From NCBI GenBank assembly GCA_022646745.1, contig CP060262.1:3540001-3572000 (forward strand): a stretch of 32,000 bases of DNA. The letters are read 5' to 3'. The notes beneath the pieces are model-generated. The model worked only from the letters and a program-made list of their open reading frames with translations, had not been told where the DNA came from and did not search any database. Positions 27,593-32,000 of the stretch are shown here, piece after piece (position 1 is the first letter of the stretch; each line of letters begins with the position of its first letter). The stretch is from Planctomycetales bacterium. GTDB lineage: Bacteria > 4484-113 > JAFGCY01. The position numbers and the translations under genes are program-made.

Positions 27593-28612
27593 ATGAGCGA
27601 GCAACTGAAGATCGGCCTCGTCGGCGCCGGCAACTGGGGTGCCAACTATGTGCGCAACCTGTCCTCACTGGGTGTGTTCAGCGCGGTCTGCGACCTCGAC
27701 GAGAACCGCCTGGCGAAGATCAAGGCGGACTACCCGACCGTGCGCACCACCACCTCCGTGGATGAACTGCTGGAGATGGGGCTTGATGGCTGCGTGATCG
27801 CGACCCATACCCAGGCACATTACGAAGCCGGATTGAAGCTGCTTGAGGCCGGTGTGCACTGCCACATCGAGAAGCCGCTGTGCGAAAGCAGCGCGCAGGC
27901 CCTTGAGCTGTGCGAGGCCGCCGAGAGCCGCAACCTTGTACTGATGGTCGGGCACATCCTGCTCTACCACCCGGCCGTGGAGTTCATCCGCGGGATGATC
28001 GAAAGCGGCGAGCTCGGGCAGGTGTACTACATTTCCGCCACCCGCTGCAACCTCGGCGTGATCCGCCGCCACGAGAACGTGATGTGGAGCATGGCCCCGC
28101 ACGACATCTCGATCGTCCAGTACCTGCTGAACGACGACCCGGTCAGCGTCAGCGCCACCGGCCAGTCCTTTGTGCAGGCCGATGAGGGCATTGAGGATGT
28201 CACCCACCTCACGCTGAAGTTCGCGGACCGCAGCATGGCGAGCATCACTTCCAGCTGGCTGGACCCGGAGAAGGTGCGCCTGATCAAGGTGGTGGGCAGC
28301 GAGAAGATGGTGGTGTTTGATGACATGGACCCGCGCTACAAGCTGCAGGTGCATGAGAAGGGCGTGGACTGGCAGAAGTTCGTCGAGCCGGGCAGCGCCA
28401 GCTTCCTGAGCATCCGATCCGGTGACGTGCACATCCCCTTCGTGAAGCCGACCGAGCCGCTCAAGGCGGAGTGCCAGGAGTTCATAGACTGCATCCAGAC
28501 GGGACGCACCCCGCGCTCCAGCGGGCGCCAGGGCTATGCCAACGTCAAGCTGATCGAGCTGGGTTGCGAGAGCCTGAAGGGCAATGGCACCCCGCTGATG
28601 ACGGGACTGTAG
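27593..28612 (+). CDS. Gfo/Idh/MocA-family NAD(P)-dependent oxidoreductase (WbpB/WlbA-like sugar 3-dehydrogenase candidate)
   Basis: 339 aa. The N-terminal Rossmann motif is LKIGLVGAGNWGANY, followed by the EKP motif (HCHIEKPL) and a C-terminal alpha/beta domain. It starts 12 nt after the formyltransferase stop. Confidence 0.9.
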   Translation: MSEQLKIGLVGAGNWGANYVRNLSSLGVFSAVCDLDENRLAKIKADYPTVRTTTSVDELLEMGLDGCVIATHTQAHYEAGLKLLEAGVHCHIEKPLCESSAQALELCEAAESRNLVLMVGHILLYHPAVEFIRGMIESGELGQVYYISATRCNLGVIRRHENVMWSMAPHDISIVQYLLNDDPVSVSATGQSFVQADEGIEDVTHLTLKFADRSMASITSSWLDPEKVRLIKVVGSEKMVVFDDMDPRYKLQVHEKGVDWQKFVEPGSASFLSIRSGDVHIPFVKPTEPLKAECQEFIDCIQTGRTPRSSGRQGYANVKLIELGCESLKGNGTPLMTGL

Positions 28613-28670
28613 TCCGGAAAGACGCTAGAATAGTCCTTCCCCTCGGGGCAACGGAGGAAAGGAAGGCCAT

Positions 28671-30095
28671 ATGAACGGGATGCGCAGTCTGCTGCTGCTG
28701 CTGTTTGCGCTGCCGGCGCTCGCCGGAATCTGCTTTGCACAGGATCCGGAGCCGGAGCCGCCGTTCACACTTCCCCAGCCGGAGCTCCCCGCTGACAACC
28801 CGCTGCTCAACGTGCGCAACTACAAGCTCGACGTCGGCGACTTCATCCTCGTCAAGCTGTTTGACGGTGTGAGCCAGAGTGACACCCGCATCCAGCTTGA
28901 CAACGACGGCATGGTCACGCTGCCGCTGGTGGGCCTGATCGAACTGTCCGGCAAGCAGATCAGTGAAGCGAGCGTGGCGATCACCAATGCCTACCAGGAG
29001 TACTATCGCGAACCGAACGTCTCCCTGCAGCTGCTGAGCCGCGGGCGCTTTGAGGTGTTCGTATTCGGACCGGACTTCCCTGGCCGGATCTTCCAGCTGG
29101 AAAATGGCGCCAGCCTGATTGACGTCGTCAGCGAGATGGAGCTGGACAAGCAGACCCTTTACCGCCGGCTGCACCTTCTGCGCGGTGGCTTCGACTTCGG
29201 CAAGGTGAGCAACCCCGCCCCGGAGACACTGTATGCCGCGGAAGGCCAGGCGATCATCACCCTGCCCTCCAATGCCGTGGCGCGCAAGAGCGTTGCCAGC
29301 CTGCCGGAGTACACCAACTGGCGGCAGTGGGTGGAACAGCGCAAGCAGGACCCGGCCACCACGGTCAGTGTGGTCGACCCGCTGCTGCTGACGATGGAGG
29401 GTGAGCTGTCACGCTACAACGTCGCCCTGCATGACAAGGACGTGGTCTACATCCCGAGCCCGGAGCAGTACGTCACCCTGACCGGCACGACAAACTCCGG
29501 CAGCTTCGAGCTGATGCCGGGTGAGACCCTGGGTGACATGCTGCGCCTGTCGGGCACGCTGGACTACACCGCGGACCTTGTCAATTCGGTTATCTACCGC
29601 TTCGATGACTATGGCAACCTTGAGCGCCTGATCCTAAACCTGCACCCGGCGCTGAGCGACTACTCCCTGATTGAGGACTTCGAGCTGCACAACCGCGATA
29701 TCATCTCGATCGTGCCACGGGAGAACCGCATATTCGTGCTTGGTGAAGTCAATGCCGCCGGCGCCTTCGGCTTCCGTGAGGACGAGAACGTGCTGGACTA
29801 CATCGCCGAGGCCGGCGGTGAGACCCCGGATGCACACCTGGCCTGGATCGCCGTGATCCGCCAGAACCGCGACAGGCTGGAGCCGGGCATCGCGCCCGAG
29901 GTGATCCGTGTGAACTTCAAGGAGATCCACAAGGGCTTCCCGCTGTGCACGGACATCTTCCTGCAGCCGGGTGATGTGATCTACGTGCCGCCGAAGGGCA
30001 AGAGCTTCGAGTTCGGTGAGGTCCTCAGCACGATGTCGACCCTGATCACGGGCTATGCCGTGGTTGACAACACCATCAGCAAGAGCAGCAACTGA
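28671..30095 (+). CDS. Polysaccharide export protein (Wza/OPX-like: Poly_export + SLBB domains)
   Basis: 474 aa. Signal peptide MNGMRSLLLLLFALPALAGICFAQ. The Poly_export block is YKLDVGDFILVKLFD...IQLDNDGMVTLPLVGLIELSGKQISEA. SLBB-like units are DVVYIPS...VTLTGTTNSGSFELMPGETLGDMLRLSG and IFVLGEVNAAGAFGFREDENVLDYIAEAGG...LQPGDVIYVPP. Confidence 0.87.
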   Translation: MNGMRSLLLLLFALPALAGICFAQDPEPEPPFTLPQPELPADNPLLNVRNYKLDVGDFILVKLFDGVSQSDTRIQLDNDGMVTLPLVGLIELSGKQISEASVAITNAYQEYYREPNVSLQLLSRGRFEVFVFGPDFPGRIFQLENGASLIDVVSEMELDKQTLYRRLHLLRGGFDFGKVSNPAPETLYAAEGQAIITLPSNAVARKSVASLPEYTNWRQWVEQRKQDPATTVSVVDPLLLTMEGELSRYNVALHDKDVVYIPSPEQYVTLTGTTNSGSFELMPGETLGDMLRLSGTLDYTADLVNSVIYRFDDYGNLERLILNLHPALSDYSLIEDFELHNRDIISIVPRENRIFVLGEVNAAGAFGFREDENVLDYIAEAGGETPDAHLAWIAVIRQNRDRLEPGIAPEVIRVNFKEIHKGFPLCTDIFLQPGDVIYVPPKGKSFEFGEVLSTMSTLITGYAVVDNTISKSSN

Positions 30096-30100
30096 CAACG

Positions 30101-30126
30101 AAAAAAGGCCCGGCTTACGCCGGGCC
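30101..30126 (-). terminator. Rho-independent terminator oriented for the minus strand; the hairpin may also stop the plus-strand exporter transcript
   Basis: An 8-bp GC stem, ggcccggc (30107-30114) / gccgggcc (30119-30126), with loop ttac. The A6 tract at 30101-30106 becomes a U6 tail only on the minus strand. There is no T-run on the plus side. Confidence 0.6.
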
Positions 30127-30153
30127 CGGTTGGGGAGATAAGTGGATGGTTGG

Positions 30154-30309
30154 CTAACTGAGCGGGCTTCGCCCGGTAGCGCATCCCATGCTTCCCACGC
30201 ATCCAGGGGAAGCGGCATGCCGGTACCGGGGGTGTCCAGGAGGGAATCCCGCCAGCCAGCCCCTGCATTCACAAGCCCGCGGAGCCGTGGCGATTGTTCT
30301 GTCTCTCAT
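30154..30309 (-). CDS. Hypothetical 51-aa Cys-containing small protein (alternatively a non-coding sRNA)
   Basis: An internal ATG (complement of 30307-30309) of track ORF 30154-30360 is preceded by the strong SD cagGGAGGAact. It is also preceded by TTGCGG-17 nt-TACATT promoter-like hexamers (30360-30332, minus). The stop is followed by the terminator at 30126-30101. The peptide is MRDRTIATAPRACECRGWLAGFPPGHPRYRHAASPGCVGSMGCATGRSPLS. No recognisable family, and GC-rich DNA yields spurious ORFs. Confidence 0.3.
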   Translation of the reverse strand: MRDRTIATAPRACECRGWLAGFPPGHPRYRHAASPGCVGSMGCATGRSPLS

Positions 30310-30349
30310 AGTTCCTCCCTGAACTATCCTCAATGTACAGGCTATATCG

Positions 30350-31063
30350 GTGCGCCGCAAGGCGACTGCAGACAGCTTTGGGTTAAATCAGGCAATCGCT
30401 GACAACCAGTCCAGACTGACCAGCGGTACGGAAGCGCCGGAAGCCAGATGCAGCGGTGCTACACTTGTTCCCGTGGCGGAAGGCAAGCATGAACTGCTCG
30501 AACGGCTGGCGGGCCAGATCCGCTCGTGCACACGCTGCCCGCTGTGCGATGGCCGGACCCATGCCGTGCCCGGCGAGGGCAGCCCGAATGCCAGGGTAGT
30601 GTTCGTCGGCGAGGCCCCCGGCCGCGATGAGGATGAGCAGGGCCGCCCCTTCGTGGGCAAGAGCGGGCAGCTGCTCAGGCAGACCATCCGCGAGGTGGGC
30701 TGGCGTGAGGACGAGGTTTTCATTGCCAACGTGCTGAAGTGCCGCCCACCGGAGAACCGCGATCCCGAGGAAAGTGAAATCGAGGCCTGCCGCTCCTGGC
30801 TGATCGCCCAGCTGGTGACGATCCGCCCGCGCCTGATCGTGACCCTCGGGCGCTATAGCATGGCGCTGCTGATGAAACCGGGACTGAAGATCACCCAGAT
30901 CCACGGCCGGCATGCGATCCGCGACGGCTTCGTGGTGCTGCCGACATACCACCCGAGTGCCGTGCTGCGCGATCCGGAGAAGCTGGCTGACTTCCGCCGC
31001 GACATCATGAAGGCGCGCAGGCTCAGCGAAGTGATCGATGACAACGGCCGGCTGAATGTATGA
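30350..31063 (+). CDS. Family 4 uracil-DNA glycosylase (4Fe-4S, UdgA-type)
   Basis: CTRCPLC...VVFVGEAPGRDEDEQGRPFVGKSGQLL...FIANVLKCRPPENRDP...EACRSWL...PTYHPSAVLR match family-4 UDG motifs (GEAPG, KCRPP, HPS and the Fe-S cysteines). The start is uncertain. The track uses GTG 30350. In-frame GTG 30473 would give a ~196-aa protein of typical length and would avoid overlap with the minus-strand promoter-like element. Confidence 0.85.
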   Translation: MRRKATADSFGLNQAIADNQSRLTSGTEAPEARCSGATLVPVAEGKHELLERLAGQIRSCTRCPLCDGRTHAVPGEGSPNARVVFVGEAPGRDEDEQGRPFVGKSGQLLRQTIREVGWREDEVFIANVLKCRPPENRDPEESEIEACRSWLIAQLVTIRPRLIVTLGRYSMALLMKPGLKITQIHGRHAIRDGFVVLPTYHPSAVLRDPEKLADFRRDIMKARRLSEVIDDNGRLNV

Positions 31064-31770
31064 CGAAGTGCATCCTGTTCGACCTCGGGGGCACGCTGTG
31101 GGATGACTGGCCGGCCGAGCTGGAGTACTGGCGGATCTGCGCCGGACTGCTGACGGGAGCGGGCCATCCCTGTACGGTGCAACAGTTCATTTCCGAATCG
31201 ACTGCGCTGATAGACCGCTACTGTCCGAGCCTCAGCAGGGCCCTGGTCTGGCGCTTTGCCGGTTATGACGATGAACTGGCAGCGCGTATCCGCAAGGAAG
31301 CAAGCAGCATGATCTGGGAACTGCTCGATGATAATGAGCAGCTGGCGAAGCTCTACCCGTTGTGGCCGGGTGTGCACGGGGTGCTCAATGAGTTAAGGGA
31401 AACATGCAGGCTCGGTGTTGTCAGCATGCATGGCAGCCGGGTCAGGCCGGTGCTGCAGCGGATGGGACTGGCGGAATACTTCGAGGCAGTCTCGCTCTGC
31501 GATGAAGCGGGGCTGTACAAGCCGGACCCGCGCATCATCCAGCATGCCCTGGATGCGATGGAGCTGGAAGCCGCTGACTGCATCATGGTCGGCGACAGGA
31601 TTGATAATGACATCTGGCCTGCGAACTGCCTCGGACTGCGCAGCGTCTGGCTGCAGGCGCATCCGTACGACAGGCAGCTGCCGCGCTATGAACTGGACAG
31701 GCCGGGGCTTGTGATCAAGTCGCTGGACAGCCTGCCGCCGGCACTGCGGGCAATGGGATGGATCGCTTGA
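31060..31770 (+). CDS. HAD-superfamily hydrolase (subfamily IA-like) with non-canonical motif I
   Basis: 236 aa. Motif I is ILFDLGGTLWDD (the nucleophile Asp is present but the Asp+2 position is Gly). Motif IV is MVGDRIDNDI. The ATG overlaps the UDG stop (ATGA, 31060-31063). Confidence 0.8.
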   Translation: MTKCILFDLGGTLWDDWPAELEYWRICAGLLTGAGHPCTVQQFISESTALIDRYCPSLSRALVWRFAGYDDELAARIRKEASSMIWELLDDNEQLAKLYPLWPGVHGVLNELRETCRLGVVSMHGSRVRPVLQRMGLAEYFEAVSLCDEAGLYKPDPRIIQHALDAMELEAADCIMVGDRIDNDIWPANCLGLRSVWLQAHPYDRQLPRYELDRPGLVIKSLDSLPPALRAMGWIA

Positions 31771-32000
31771 GCGCCCTGCCCTCCACTCTCTGCTTCGACC
31801 TTGGATCCACGATCTGGGATGACCGCCCGGCGCTGGAGTTGCAGTGGGGCTTTCTGGTTGAGATCCTGGCCAGCTACGGCATAGACACCAGCCTGGAGCA
31901 GATACGCGAAATGGCCAATGAGGTGATCCGCAGCTTCGCGCCGACGCTTACACGCGTGATCGTCTGGCAGATGACCGGCCGCGACGAGGGCAAGTACCGC
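31758..32000 (+). CDS. HAD-superfamily hydrolase paralogue; N-terminal 81 codons, continues beyond right edge
   Basis: Not in the ORF track because it is open to the edge. Manual translation from ATG 31758 is stop-free: MDRLSALPSTLCFDLGSTIWDDRPALELQWGFLVEILASYG... It is colinear with the preceding HAD (CILFDLGGTLWDDWPAELEYWRICAGLL). It overlaps the upstream stop by 13 nt. Confidence 0.7.
   Translation, partial: MDRLSALPSTLCFDLGSTIWDDRPALELQWGFLVEILASYGIDTSLEQIREMANEVIRSFAPTLTRVIVWQMTGRDEGKYR

Noticed and set aside
28671-28745. A possible lipobox in the Wza-like exporter signal peptide (ALAGIC).
   Set aside because: The -1 position is Ile, which is non-canonical for the L-[AS]-[GA]-C pattern. 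Signal peptidase I cleavage after CFA is equally plausible, so lipidation is not claimed.
30127-30350. Considered whether this structured GC-rich spacer is an SRP (4.5S) RNA, 6S RNA or a riboswitch for the UDG gene.
   Set aside because: The conserved SRP domain IV string (GGUCCGGAAGGAAGCAGCC-like) is not present on either strand. There is no recognisable riboswitch core, and a glycosylase is not a typical riboswitch-controlled gene. It is kept only as an unclassified small ORF or sRNA candidate.

Overview
GC-rich bacterial chromosomal window (GC not computed). I saw no transposase, integrase, phage or CRISPR signatures. Contents from left to right:
(1) The 5' part of a dockerin-repeat lipoprotein on the minus strand. 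It is open to the left edge and absent from the ORF track.
(2) A stand-alone 23S rRNA gene (about 1401-4336, +). It has its own promoter, its own leader/trailer processing stem and its own terminator, but no adjacent 16S or 5S.
(3) A minus-strand signalling module. It comprises a MASE3-like membrane histidine kinase with two tandemly duplicated FixL-like (haem-type) PAS domains, a single-domain CheY-like receiver, and a receiver-DHp protein with no ATPase domain. No output domain is present.
(4) tRNA-Gly(CCC), a Cys-less TenA-family protein, and NhaA.
(5) A roughly 19 kb Wzx/Wzy-type surface-polysaccharide region. It holds three GT4-type transferases, a WecB-type epimerase, a flippase, an LbH acetyltransferase, a Wzy/O-antigen-ligase-family protein, a PCP co-polymerase with a degenerate kinase domain, a DegT aminotransferase, a UDP-sugar 6-dehydrogenase, a formyltransferase, a Gfo/Idh/MocA oxidoreductase and a Wza-like exporter. 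This region is interrupted by a ferritin-like gene and a NYN/LOTUS + GNAT gene pair.
(6) A compact minus-strand mini transcription unit (51-codon Cys-containing ORF or sRNA), a family-4 uracil-DNA glycosylase, and two tandem HAD paralogues. The second paralogue is open to the right edge and absent from the ORF track.
Many long ORFs in the track are antisense shadows typical of GC-rich DNA. All functional calls rest on motif recognition by eye, with no database search. The most unusual items are the solo 23S unit, the double haem-PAS kinase with its output-less relay partners, the NYN/LOTUS-GNAT insertion and the small minus-strand unit at about 30.1-30.4 kb.
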